A stretch of 64,000 bases of DNA, taken from positions 614 through 64,613 of the forward strand of contig CABXTN010000004.1 of NCBI GenBank assembly GCA_902515185.1, written 5' to 3'. Below are positions 38,668 to 50,962 of the stretch, piece after piece (positions within the stretch are counted from its first letter, which is position 1; each line of letters begins with the position of its first letter). The DNA comes from an uncultured Pelagibacteraceae bacterium (GTDB lineage Bacteria; Pseudomonadota; Alphaproteobacteria; Pelagibacterales; Pelagibacteraceae). A program made the translations under genes and the position numbers. The notes beneath the pieces are model-generated. The model had not been told where the DNA came from and did not search any database. It saw only the letters and a program-made list of their open reading frames with translations.

Positions 38668-39912
38668 TTAGATCACTTTATTTAATTCTTTTGTAACTTT
38701 ATCTAATACTTTTATACCCATCATTTCAATTTTTCTAATAATTAAAGAAGATCCTTTTTTACCCTTTATAGAAGCTTGAATATTAACAATCGCAGTTGCT
38801 GGAGAATGAATTTTTTCAGATATATTCAAATTGTCTAAAAGTTTATAAATATCTTTGAAATTATTAATATATGGACCGTGAATAATTTTACATCCATTTC
38901 TTGCAGCTTCCAGTGGATTTTGACCACCATGTTTTATGAGTGACCCGCCCATGAAAACAATTTCACTTAAATTATAAAAAATTTCAGTCTCACCATAAGT
39001 GTCAACTAAATATATATCAATATTGTGTGATATTTTTTTTTTCCAACTATGGCAATGAAACTTTAAATTAAAATTTTTCATTAACTTAATTATATTCTCT
39101 TTTCGATTTATATGTCTTGGTATTAAAATAGTTACTAAATCTTTTTGTTTTTCTTTAATATTTTTATGAATATTTAAACAAAATTCTTCTTCACCATGAT
39201 GAGTACTTGCTGCGCACCAAAATTTTTTCTTAGAAAAAAATTTTTTTAATATTATCGGAATTATATTTTTTTTACTTTTTTTTTGTGAAAATTTGAGATT
39301 ATCAATAGGTTTAATAGATTTTACTTCGAAAAGTTTTAAATATTTTTCTGTTTCTTTATTACATGGAAAAGTATCTGAAAAACAATTAAAAATTTTTTTT
39401 GAGAAGCTATTAAAAATTTTCCATCTATTAAATGATTTTTTTGTAATTCTACCATTGATAAGAATAGTATATATTTTATTTTTTTTTAGAGCTAAAAGTG
39501 TATTAGGCCAAATTTCAGAATCTACAAAAAGTGCCAAAGATGGACTCCAATAGTTGATAAATTTTTTTGAAATACTTTTTGTATCAATATAAAAAAATTG
39601 ATGAATAGTTTTCTTAAATTTAAAATTATTAAAAACTTTTGCTGAACTTAACGTAGAGGTAGTTACAAGTATCTGATCAACTTTGTTGTTTCTTTCTAAT
39701 TTTTCGATTAAAGGAATAATACTTAATAATTCACCAACACTAGCTCCGTGGAACCAAACTAAATTATTCTTAATTTTTTTTTTAGAAAAAAAACCAAGTT
39801 TTTCCTTAAATCTTTTTAAATCCTCTTTTTTTTTTATTAATCTAAATAAAATGATTAGCGGTGATATAAACAAAACTAAGTTTATTAAAAATCTATAAAC
39901 CAATAATATCAT
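38668..39912 (-). CDS. waaA: Kdo transferase
   Basis: WFHGASVGE, SEIWP, ASTH.GEE, PRH, GGQNPLE. Confidence 0.95.
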   Translation of the reverse strand: MILLVYRFLINLVLFISPLIILFRLIKKKEDLKRFKEKLGFFSKKKIKNNLVWFHGASVGELLSIIPLIEKLERNNKVDQILVTTSTLSSAKVFNNFKFKKTIHQFFYIDTKSISKKFINYWSPSLALFVDSEIWPNTLLALKKNKIYTILINGRITKKSFNRWKIFNSFSKKIFNCFSDTFPCNKETEKYLKLFEVKSIKPIDNLKFSQKKSKKNIIPIILKKFFSKKKFWCAASTHHGEEEFCLNIHKNIKEKQKDLVTILIPRHINRKENIIKLMKNFNLKFHCHSWKKKISHNIDIYLVDTYGETEIFYNLSEIVFMGGSLIKHGGQNPLEAARNGCKIIHGPYINNFKDIYKLLDNLNISEKIHSPATAIVNIQASIKGKKGSSLIIRKIEMMGIKVLDKVTKELNKVI

Positions 39913-41654
39913 TAGTCTTTTCTAATTTGCTTCTCATAAAAGCTTTTGTAGGTAAGTGATTTTTTTAATAATTCTTCATGAGAACCTTCAGCAGAAACTT
40001 TTCCACTCTCTATTACGAAAATTTTATTTGAATTTAAAATAGTTGATAATCTATGAGCAATTACAATAGTAGTTCTTCCTTTGGTGAGTAAGTTCATTGC
40101 TTCTTGAATTTTACTCTCAGTTTCAGCATCCAATGATGAGGTTGCTTCATCTAGAAGTATAACTGGTGCTTTTTTTAACATCGCTCTTGCAATTGATATT
40201 CTTTGTTTTTCACCACCCGAAAGTCTAAGACCATTTTCACCAATTATAGTTTCATATTTTTTTGGAAGATCTTTTATAAAATTATGAGCAAAAGATTTTT
40301 TAGCTACATCTAAAATATCATTCTCTGTTGCATTTGGATTTGCATAAAGAATATTGTTTTTTATTGTGTCATCAAACAAAGTTGTATCTTGAGTTACTAT
40401 CGAAATATTTTTTCTCAATTCATTTAGTTTGACATCATAAATTGATTGACCATCCATATATATATTACCGGAAGAGCAATCATAAAATCTTGGTATTAGA
40501 TTTAAGATAGATGATTTACCAGCTCCACTATGACCTACTAAAGCTGTCATTTTGCCTCCAGCAAATTTTAAGCTTACATCTTTAAGAACTAAACTTTGAT
40601 CATCAAAGTACTTAAAATCACAATTTTTAAATTCAATATCACAATTAGAAATTTTCAAATTTTTGCTATCTTTTTTATCTTTGATTTTATTTTTTATATC
40701 AATAATGGGTAAAATCCTCTTTGCAGCAGATAAGCCTTGATTGATACCAACATTTAAAGTAGCCAAAGATCTTACTGGCTGATAAGCTAGCATCATAGCT
40801 GCTAGAAATGAGAAAAAATTATTTATATCAATTTCTCCACTAATTATTAATTTACCCGTTACAAATATTAATATCGCTATCATTATTCCTGTTAGTGGCT
40901 CCATGACGACCGAGGCTCTGGTAAAAACAATTGCTATTTTTTTTGCTTTTTCTTTCACATCTCCTAAAAAACTACTTGATCTTTCAGTTTCATACTCTTC
41001 TCTTTGGAATATTTTTATGAGTTTATGATTTTTAAATAATTCCATAAGATATTTTGAAGCTTCTCCAGTTTTTTCTTGAGCCTCAGTAGTTACTTTACCA
41101 ATTCTTTTACCAAGACTTTTTGCTGCAAGGGTCGCAATTGGAATCATTAAAATTGCTATTAAAGAAAGCTTCCAGTTTTGGTAAAACATAACAACTAAAA
41201 GGCCAAACAATGTTAAACTATCCTTGAAGGCATTTAAAATTGTTGTACTTACTAAATTCACAATATGAGCAGTATCACCCAAAACATGATTCAGATATTT
41301 TCCACTATGCTTGCCATGAATTAAATTAGTGTCTGCTTTAATTAATGATTTAAGCATATCATCCTGCATATCTTTTTTTATATCATTTCCAACACCTATC
41401 ATTAAAACTCTGGCAGCATATAAAGATATACCTTTTGCAAAAAAAGCGAGGATTATTAATGCAGGTATAATTAAAATTAAAGACTGGTCTTTATCAACAA
41501 AAATTTTTTTTATTGCTGGGTCAAGTAGGTATGCTATTGCTGAAGTTGATCCAGCAACAATTAGTGAAAATAATCCAGATAACATTATTTTCCATATATA
41601 ATTTTTAGAGTAATCTGAATATAATCTTTTTAAAATTTGAAAATTACTAATCAT
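39912..41654 (-). CDS. msbA: Lipid A flippase-type ABC transporter
   Basis: TMD+NBD; GHSGAGKS, LSGGEKQR, LLDEAT; upstream of waaA-lpxK. Confidence 0.9.
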   Translation of the reverse strand: MISNFQILKRLYSDYSKNYIWKIMLSGLFSLIVAGSTSAIAYLLDPAIKKIFVDKDQSLILIIPALIILAFFAKGISLYAARVLMIGVGNDIKKDMQDDMLKSLIKADTNLIHGKHSGKYLNHVLGDTAHIVNLVSTTILNAFKDSLTLFGLLVVMFYQNWKLSLIAILMIPIATLAAKSLGKRIGKVTTEAQEKTGEASKYLMELFKNHKLIKIFQREEYETERSSSFLGDVKEKAKKIAIVFTRASVVMEPLTGIMIAILIFVTGKLIISGEIDINNFFSFLAAMMLAYQPVRSLATLNVGINQGLSAAKRILPIIDIKNKIKDKKDSKNLKISNCDIEFKNCDFKYFDDQSLVLKDVSLKFAGGKMTALVGHSGAGKSSILNLIPRFYDCSSGNIYMDGQSIYDVKLNELRKNISIVTQDTTLFDDTIKNNILYANPNATENDILDVAKKSFAHNFIKDLPKKYETIIGENGLRLSGGEKQRISIARAMLKKAPVILLDEATSSLDAETESKIQEAMNLLTKGRTTIVIAHRLSTILNSNKIFVIESGKVSAEGSHEELLKKSLTYKSFYEKQIRKD

Positions 41655-42520
41655 AAAAAAATTTTTCCAATAAGTAGGTTAATAAAAATCAATAAACCTA
41701 AAAAGTTATTTGATTTGAATTTATTCAAACAATTTTCAGCCAATCTAATATTTAAAAAAAAAATCTGATAAGTAAATAAATGCATTACTATTATAATATT
41801 CATAAAGAAATAAACTGTACTAAATTCCATGCTGTATCCTAAAAAAAGTAAACTTATAGCGAATATTAAATAACATAATGAAATAAATATTTTTGGATTT
41901 TGTTTAAATTTAATTGATGTTGATTTGACTCCTATGATTTCATCATCTTTAATATCTTGATATCCATATATCGTGTCGTAACCCAATGTCCAAAATATGG
42001 CACCAATATAAAAAATAATAGGAATAAATGATATTTCACTATTTGTAACTGTCCATCCAAGAATTAAACCATAATTAAATGTAATACCAAGAAATAACTG
42101 TGGCCAATATGTAAATCTTTTCATGAATGGATAAGTAAATGCAAGCGGCATAGATACTAAGGCTAAAATTATAGTAAAAGAATTAAATTGCATTAATATG
42201 ATAAATGCCAAAAGACACAAAGTTAGAGAGTAGATCACTCCTAAATTAATTGAAATTTTCTTTGATGCTATAGGACGATTTTTTGTTCTTTCAACTTTGG
42301 CATCAAAATCCTTATCAGCTATATCGTTGATGATACATCCTGCTGATCTCATTAGTACTGCTCCCAAGAAAAATAGCACCGCATATTTACAAAATATTTT
42401 TATATCGTTAGAAAAATCATAACCAACTGTTAAGCCCCAAAGACAAGGCCAAAACAACAACATAAAACCTACTGGTTTTTTTAAGCGTGTTAATTCAATA
42501 AAATTATATATGTGATTCAT
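41651..42520 (-). CDS. ubiA: 4-hydroxybenzoate polyprenyltransferase
   Basis: MRSAGCIIND..D..FD..V.RT..RP, YPFMKR, YDTIYG.QD..DD. Confidence 0.95.
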   Translation of the reverse strand: MNHIYNFIELTRLKKPVGFMLLFWPCLWGLTVGYDFSNDIKIFCKYAVLFFLGAVLMRSAGCIINDIADKDFDAKVERTKNRPIASKKISINLGVIYSLTLCLLAFIILMQFNSFTIILALVSMPLAFTYPFMKRFTYWPQLFLGITFNYGLILGWTVTNSEISFIPIIFYIGAIFWTLGYDTIYGYQDIKDDEIIGVKSTSIKFKQNPKIFISLCYLIFAISLLFLGYSMEFSTVYFFMNIIIVMHLFTYQIFFLNIRLAENCLNKFKSNNFLGLLIFINLLIGKIFL

Positions 42521-42572
42521 CAGAATTTACTTGTAAATAGCAAAGCCTAGTTTCATAATCAAACTGATTCGT

Positions 42573-42977
42573 ATGAATATAGATTATACAGTTACTGCAT
42601 TGATGTTTCCCGCTATACCATTGTTAATGAGTGTTTATAGCAACAGGTTTCATACTTTAAGCAAGTTAATAAGAGAACTTCATGACGAGCATGTCTATGA
42701 AAAGCATATTCCCCCAGAGTGGAAAAAACAATTTATGAATCTTAGTAATCGTATATCTATATTAAGGTGGACGATAATGTTTGCAGCATTTGGGTTTTTA
42801 TTTAACATGCTGACAGTTTTTGCGTTATATTTAGATACAGTATTTATAGCTAGGGTTATTTTTGGATCTTGTTGTTTGTCTATGATTATTTCAATAATTT
42901 TTTTTATAAGAGAAATTCAAATTTCTACTAGTGCATTAAATTTACATATGTCCGATATGGATGTACATATAAATTAG
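42573..42977 (+). CDS. DUF2721-like membrane protein
   Basis: FPAIPLLM..Y.NRF, REIQIS..AL. Confidence 0.78.
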   Translation: MNIDYTVTALMFPAIPLLMSVYSNRFHTLSKLIRELHDEHVYEKHIPPEWKKQFMNLSNRISILRWTIMFAAFGFLFNMLTVFALYLDTVFIARVIFGSCCLSMIISIIFFIREIQISTSALNLHMSDMDVHIN

Positions 42978-43948
42978 CTTGGTATAATTACAGCGGGCCC
43001 AATTAATTTTCTAGCTTCTAAGTCCTCATGTGCATTCTTAGCTTGTTCGAGTGAATATTTTTTAGAAATTTCAATTTTGATTTTTTTTGATATTACTGCA
43101 TCAAATACTTTTTTTGCAGACTCTACTAATTCTTCACGGGTAACAGTGTAATGAGCTATAGAGGGTCTTGTAAAAAAAAGTCCTTTGGTGTTTATATGTT
43201 TTTTAATATCCAGTGTATGAACATAACCAGATGCATTCCCAAAAGCGACCATCATTCCTCTGATTTTTAAACATTCAATTGAACCTTCAAAAGTTTTAGC
43301 ACCAACACCATCATAGACAACATCAATTCCATTTTTTCCTACGATTTTTTCTACTTCTTTAACAAAATTATTATCAGTGTAATTAATTACATGGTGGCAA
43401 CCATTATTTTTAGCAATAGCTTCTTTTTCTTTTGAGCCTACAGTTCCAATTACAGTACAACCAATTGCATTAGCCCATTGACATAATATTTGTCCAACAC
43501 CACCTGCGGCAGCATGAAATAATACTTTGTCTCCTTTTTTTGCCACATAACTTCTATGGAGTAAATATTCAGCGGTCATTCCTTTTAATACAATGCAAGA
43601 GGCAATTTCATCAGACACTCCGTCTGGAACATTTACTAATTTTTCTTGAGGCATTATTTGTTTTTCAGAGTAGCCCCCAATTGGCATTGATGCATGGCTA
43701 ACTCTATCCCCAACTTTAAATAAATTAACTTTTGATCCAATTTCTTCAATTATCCCACAAGCTTCTAAACCAATCCCGCTTGGCAGTGGAATAGGGTACA
43801 AACCTGTTCTGTGATAAACATCAATATAATTAAGACCAATAGATAAGTTTTTTATTAAAACTTCTGTGGGACCTGGTTTTCCAATTTCTATATCTTTTAA
43901 CTCTAAAACTTCAGGACCTCCAAATTTTTCTATTTTAATTGCTTTCAT
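42974..43948 (-). CDS. qor: NADPH:quinone oxidoreductase (zeta-crystallin family)
   Basis: GGPEVL, GLNYIDVY.RTGLY, HAAAGGVG, FGNASG. Confidence 0.93.
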   Translation of the reverse strand: MKAIKIEKFGGPEVLELKDIEIGKPGPTEVLIKNLSIGLNYIDVYHRTGLYPIPLPSGIGLEACGIIEEIGSKVNLFKVGDRVSHASMPIGGYSEKQIMPQEKLVNVPDGVSDEIASCIVLKGMTAEYLLHRSYVAKKGDKVLFHAAAGGVGQILCQWANAIGCTVIGTVGSKEKEAIAKNNGCHHVINYTDNNFVKEVEKIVGKNGIDVVYDGVGAKTFEGSIECLKIRGMMVAFGNASGYVHTLDIKKHINTKGLFFTRPSIAHYTVTREELVESAKKVFDAVISKKIKIEISKKYSLEQAKNAHEDLEARKLIGPAVIIPS

Positions 43949-44784
43949 TATTTAACAAATGTATCATTATGATAATCTTGAACTGCTTGCAAGATTTCAG
44001 CTTTAGTATTCATTACAAAAGGTCCACCTCTAGCAATTTCTTCATTAATAGGTTTTCCTGAAATCACTAAAAACTTTGTGTTAGATTTGGCTTTAACAGA
44101 TAAATCTTCACCTTTTGATAATAATATTAATGTACTGTCTTTAACATTATCGTGTTTTTTTTTACCAATTTCAATTTCCCCATTTATTAGATAAATAAAA
44201 GTATTATGAGTAGATGGTAATTTAAAATTAAATTCTTTATCTTTATTTAATTCAACATCTAAATAGACGGGTTCAACGTTATGACCTTTAACAGGACCTT
44301 CAGCATTTTCAAATTTACCAGCGATTACTTTGATAGTTTTATCTTCATCTTTATGAACACTCATTTTATCTGCATCAATATAAATATATTCTGGCTTACT
44401 CATTTTTAATTTAGCAGGCATGTTAATCCATAATTGAAAACCATGAAGTTTACCTTCTTTCATCGCAGGCATTTCAGAATGGATTATTCCACTTCCTGTT
44501 CTCATCCATTGGACATCTCCTGCCGTCATTCTACCTTCGCCACCTGTACTATCTTTATGCTCAAAATCTCCAGCAAGCATATAAGTAACTGTTTCAATTC
44601 CTCTGTGGGGGTGGGATGGAAAACCACCAATATAATCATCTTTATTTTCTGACCCAAACTCATCTAACATAAGAAACGGATCTAGGTAATCTGGATCAAC
44701 TCCTATACTTCTTTTTAACTTAACGCCAGCACCATCAGAAGCAAGAATTGGATCAACTATTCTTTCAACTTCAATTTTTTTCAC
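43948..44784 (-). CDS. Pirin family protein
   Basis: DPFLMLDE, HPHRGIETVT, GIIHSE, QLWINMP, GPFVMN. Confidence 0.95.
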   Translation of the reverse strand: MKKIEVERIVDPILASDGAGVKLKRSIGVDPDYLDPFLMLDEFGSENKDDYIGGFPSHPHRGIETVTYMLAGDFEHKDSTGGEGRMTAGDVQWMRTGSGIIHSEMPAMKEGKLHGFQLWINMPAKLKMSKPEYIYIDADKMSVHKDEDKTIKVIAGKFENAEGPVKGHNVEPVYLDVELNKDKEFNFKLPSTHNTFIYLINGEIEIGKKKHDNVKDSTLILLSKGEDLSVKAKSNTKFLVISGKPINEEIARGGPFVMNTKAEILQAVQDYHNDTFVK

Positions 44785-44785
44785 T

Positions 44786-45196
44786 TTAAGATCTATTTCC
44801 TTTAATTAAAAAATATAATCCACCAATAAAAAGAAATATTTGTTCACTTGTAAAAAGCTTTGTATTAATAAACCAATCAGAATGAGCTATAGCAAATATA
44901 TTTACCATTATTATAAAAATAATAAAGCCCGCTGATCTAGTAATAAAATTTCCATATGGATTTTTAATAAAACCACCAACTATTAATAGAACTCCAGCTG
45001 AAACTTCAGAAATTGCAACAAATGACGCCAAAGTAGGAGATAAATCAAAATATTCAATTAACCCTTGAGGTGGTAAGGGAAATTTATTTAAACCGTGAAT
45101 TAAAAAAGCTATTGCTATTCCAAATCTAAAAAATAAAGAAGCCAAAGCTTCAAAATTTAAAAAAAAGTCGTTTATTTTATTTATAAAATTTTTCAT
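44786..45196 (-). CDS. DoxX family membrane protein
   Basis: R..IA..F..HG..K, E..AG.LL..G; start probably ATG 45196. Confidence 0.82.
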   Translation of the reverse strand: MKNFINKINDFFLNFEALASLFFRFGIAIAFLIHGLNKFPLPPQGLIEYFDLSPTLASFVAISEVSAGVLLIVGGFIKNPYGNFITRSAGFIIFIIMVNIFAIAHSDWFINTKLFTSEQIFLFIGGLYFLIKGNRS

Positions 45197-45197
45197 A

Positions 45198-45434
45198 TTA
45201 TTTATTATGCGAACCATCACAAAATGGCTGATTGTTAGTTTGTTTGCAAGCACAAAAGAACATTTTTTTTGTCACATTTGGTTTATATATGATTGGTTTA
45301 AAATCAGTACCTTTATGTGATCCATCACAAAAAGGTTGTTTTGAACTTTTTCCACAACTACACCAATAATAAGATTTTCCTTCTACAACATATACCGCTA
45401 ACGCACTATCTCCTGCTCTTTGCCCTTTATACAT
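45198..45434 (-). CDS. Two-domain CDGSH iron-sulfur protein (MiNT/CISD3-like)
   Basis: WCSCGKS..QPFCDGSH and FCACKQT..QPFCDGSH. Confidence 0.93.
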   Translation of the reverse strand: MYKGQRAGDSALAVYVVEGKSYYWCSCGKSSKQPFCDGSHKGTDFKPIIYKPNVTKKMFFCACKQTNNQPFCDGSHNK

Positions 45435-45450
45435 GCTCCCCGCTTTCTAA

Positions 45451-46113
45451 TTAAATTAACTTTATAAGTTCACTCAAATCTTTAATTTCATTATTAGGTT
45501 TGAAATCTAAATTATCAAAAATATTTTTATTTCTATTCACCCAAATTGAAGTGTATCCATAATTTCCACCACCAGATACATCCCAAGTATTAGCACTTAA
45601 AAATACCACTTCTTTTTTTTCTATTTTATATTTTTTAATTGGCATATCATAAACTTTTGAGTCTGGTTTATAAATTCCAACTTCCTCAATTGAAAAAATA
45701 TCATCAAACAAATTATCTAAATTATTACTTTTAACTAATTCATTAAGGAGCATAGGGGTTCCATTTGAAAGAATAGCCAATTTTAATTTTTTTTCTTTTA
45801 AAATTTTTAAAACATCAGGAACTTCTTTGAATGGAGATAGTATTTTATATAGATCTAGCAACTCATTTCTCATTGATGGATCTATTGAATATACTTTCAT
45901 TGATTTATCTAGGCTATCCCCAGTAACTTGCCAGAAGTCTTTATGTCTTTTCATTAAACTTCTCAGCCAAGTATACTCTAATTGAGTTGTTCTCCAGTGA
46001 TTAGCAAAACCTTCCCACTTGTTTCCAATCTTATCTTTACATTTTTCTGCAGCAGAATTTACATCAAATAATGTGCCATATGCATCGAAAATAATAGCTT
46101 TAATATTTTTCAT
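45451..46113 (-). CDS. Haloacid dehalogenase type II
   Basis: FDAYGTLFDV, WR..QLEYTW, LSNG, YKPD, SAN.WD. Confidence 0.92.
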   Translation of the reverse strand: MKNIKAIIFDAYGTLFDVNSAAEKCKDKIGNKWEGFANHWRTTQLEYTWLRSLMKRHKDFWQVTGDSLDKSMKVYSIDPSMRNELLDLYKILSPFKEVPDVLKILKEKKLKLAILSNGTPMLLNELVKSNNLDNLFDDIFSIEEVGIYKPDSKVYDMPIKKYKIEKKEVVFLSANTWDVSGGGNYGYTSIWVNRNKNIFDNLDFKPNNEIKDLSELIKLI

Positions 46114-46136
46114 AAATCAGATTAATATAATTATTA

Positions 46137-46844
46137 ATGAATAATTTAAGACTATTCTATCAAAAAAAATTATTAGAGGATCTTACTGGTAATCTAGATA
46201 AAAAACAATCTCACTACGTAAGTAAAGTAATGCGATTAAAAAAAAATGATAAATTTAACGTTTTTAATGAATCTGGAGAATGGATTGCTGAGGTGAAACA
46301 AATTTCAAAAGGGTTAGTAGAATTTAAAATTATAAAACAGTTAAGGTCTAAAGATAATAAAAAAGATATATGGTTAGCTTTTTCTCCCATTAAATCTAAT
46401 TATTTTAATTTTATGATTCAGAAAGCAACTGAACTCGGTGTTACAAAATTTATACCAATTATTTTTGAAAGAAGTGTAGTACGAAAAATTAATAGCGATA
46501 GATTAAATAAAATTATTATTGAAGCGACAGAACAGTCAAATAGAATTAGACTACCAGAATTAGAAAATACCCTAAATTTAAAAAGTTTTTTAAAAAATTT
46601 TGAAAACAAAATTAATTTAGTTTTTACTGATCTAAATTCAGAACAAAAAAATATAAATTTCAATAGAAATGATAAAAAACCAATTTGTATAATAATTGGA
46701 CCAGAGGGGGACTTTTCAGAATCGGAGAGATTAGAAATATTAAAATTTAAAGATATCAGATCACTTAAATTAAGTGACAACATCTTACGTTCAGAAACAG
46801 CTGCAATTTCGGCATTATCTATTATTAATTTTATTATAAATTGA
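46137..46844 (+). CDS. rsmE: 16S rRNA m3U1498 methyltransferase
   Basis: H...VMR, QKATELGV, EATEQS.R, IGPEGDF, ILRSETA. Confidence 0.95.
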   Translation: MNNLRLFYQKKLLEDLTGNLDKKQSHYVSKVMRLKKNDKFNVFNESGEWIAEVKQISKGLVEFKIIKQLRSKDNKKDIWLAFSPIKSNYFNFMIQKATELGVTKFIPIIFERSVVRKINSDRLNKIIIEATEQSNRIRLPELENTLNLKSFLKNFENKINLVFTDLNSEQKNINFNRNDKKPICIIIGPEGDFSESERLEILKFKDIRSLKLSDNILRSETAAISALSIINFIIN

Positions 46845-46904
46845 TAAATTGTCGCGAAAACATTGGTGTAATTTTATCTAATTGTCTTTATATAGATCTC
46901 AATA

Positions 46905-49351
<2,447 letters not shown>

Positions 49352-49378
49352 ATTTTTTATAGAATAGATAATATAAAA

Positions 49379-50290
49379 ATGTCGAGCACAAATATCAGAA
49401 TTAAAAAAAATCAATCTTTTGATATAAAATTAGTTTCTGAGCTTTTAAAATTAATGAAACCTAGAGTGATGTCACTTGTTATATTCACATGTGCAGTAGG
49501 TTTATTAACATCACCAGTTAATGTTTCACTAAAAGAAGCGATGTTAGGTATTTTATTTGTTGCCATGGGTGCAGGAGCGGCCGGAACATTAAATATGTGG
49601 TACGAAGCTGATCTAGATAAGCTTATGACAAGAACTTGCTTAAGACCTATACCAAGAGGAAAAATAAATAGAAATCAAGCTTTAGTTTTTGGTATTTTAT
49701 TGTCAATTATATCTGTGGTAAGTCTTTATTTATTTACAAATTTTTTATCTGCTTTTTTATTATTTTTTACTATTTTCTTTTATGTATTTGTTTACACAAT
49801 TTGGTTAAAAAGGAAAACATCTCAAAATATTGTTATTGGTGGAGCCTCAGGAGCTTTGCCTCCAGTTATAGGTTGGACTATAGCTACAAATTCTTTATCA
49901 TTAGAACCGTTGATACTTTTTTTAATAATTTTTATTTGGACTCCATCACATTTTTGGGCATTAAGTCTTTATAAAGCAAATGATTATAAAAAAGCAAAAA
50001 TACCAATGCTTCCAATAACAGATGGTATAGAAAATACTAAAAAAAATATTTTAATATATTCTCTTTTTATGCTCCCTATTATTATTATGCCTTATTTTAT
50101 TGGATTTGCAGGATTAACTTATTTACTTCCCGCTTTAGGCCTAACACTTTATTATAATTATATTTGCTTTTCTCTTTATAAATTTAAAAAAGATAAATTT
50201 GATATTAAAATTGCAATGCAAGTATTTAGTTACTCTATTTTGTATTTATTTTTAATTTTTGTATTATTTTTATTTGACAAGGTTATTTAA
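49379..50290 (+). CDS. ctaB: Protoheme IX farnesyltransferase
   Basis: KPRVMSL, D..M.RT..RP, QNIVIGG, WTP.HFWAL. Confidence 0.96.
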   Translation: MSSTNIRIKKNQSFDIKLVSELLKLMKPRVMSLVIFTCAVGLLTSPVNVSLKEAMLGILFVAMGAGAAGTLNMWYEADLDKLMTRTCLRPIPRGKINRNQALVFGILLSIISVVSLYLFTNFLSAFLLFFTIFFYVFVYTIWLKRKTSQNIVIGGASGALPPVIGWTIATNSLSLEPLILFLIIFIWTPSHFWALSLYKANDYKKAKIPMLPITDGIENTKKNILIYSLFMLPIIIMPYFIGFAGLTYLLPALGLTLYYNYICFSLYKFKKDKFDIKIAMQVFSYSILYLFLIFVLFLFDKVI

Positions 50291-50412
50291 TGATACCTGA
50301 TAAAAAATTAAAAAGAAAAAATGTTTGGACCGCAATTGGTTTAATTATTTTTATTATTTTCCTTTTTATTTTTAGCCTTTATAATATAGGGGTTTTTGAT
50401 AGACCCATTTAG
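50290..50412 (+). CDS. Small single-TM protein (CoxF-like) MIPDKKLKRKNVWTAIGLIIFIIFLFIFSLYNIGVFDRPI
   Basis: 40-aa ORF coupled to ctaB (TAATG overlap) and ending 3 nt before ctaG; basic patch followed by a TM helix. Confidence 0.8.
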   Translation: MIPDKKLKRKNVWTAIGLIIFIIFLFIFSLYNIGVFDRPI

Positions 50413-50415
50413 ATA

Positions 50416-50961
50416 ATGAAAAAAAATACACTAACACCTTTAATACTTTCTGGAATTTTTGTACTGATGTTGGGATTATCTTTTGCAGCAGTACCTTTAT
50501 ATGACTTATTTTGTAGAGTTACAGGGTTTGGAGGTACAACTCAAGTTGCAAAAGAAGCGCCTAAAATTGTTTTAGATGAAGTTATAAGTGTTAGACTTGA
50601 TACAAATGTAAATGGTAATTTAGCCTGGAATTTTAAGGCTGAAAAAAAATTATTAGATGTAAAACCTGGTAAAGTTTATAATATAGACTTTGAAGTTGAG
50701 AATATTGGAAATGAACCTTCTGCTGCAGTAGCAAGTTATAATGTTTCACCATCCTCTTTTGGACAATATTTTAATAAGTTAGGTTGTTTTTGTTTTGAAA
50801 AACAGGTACTAAATCCAGGAGAAAAGGCAGTTTACAAACTAGTTTTTTATTTAGATCCAGAGCTTGTAAACGACCCAAAAACTGCAAATGTAGAGGATGT
50901 TACTATGTCATATACTTTTTTTTCATCTGACTATTATGAACAATCAAAGGTTTTAAATTAA
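50416..50961 (+). CDS. ctaG: Cytochrome c oxidase copper assembly protein (Cox11)
   Basis: AAVPLY..FC..TG.GG, YFNKL.CFCF. Confidence 0.97.
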   Translation: MKKNTLTPLILSGIFVLMLGLSFAAVPLYDLFCRVTGFGGTTQVAKEAPKIVLDEVISVRLDTNVNGNLAWNFKAEKKLLDVKPGKVYNIDFEVENIGNEPSAAVASYNVSPSSFGQYFNKLGCFCFEKQVLNPGEKAVYKLVFYLDPELVNDPKTANVEDVTMSYTFFSSDYYEQSKVLN

Positions 50962-50962
50962 A

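Noticed and set aside
42525-42540. ATTTAC-TT-GTAAAT palindrome between ubiA and the DUF2721-like gene
   Set aside because: Short and AT-rich; indistinguishable from chance without comparative data.
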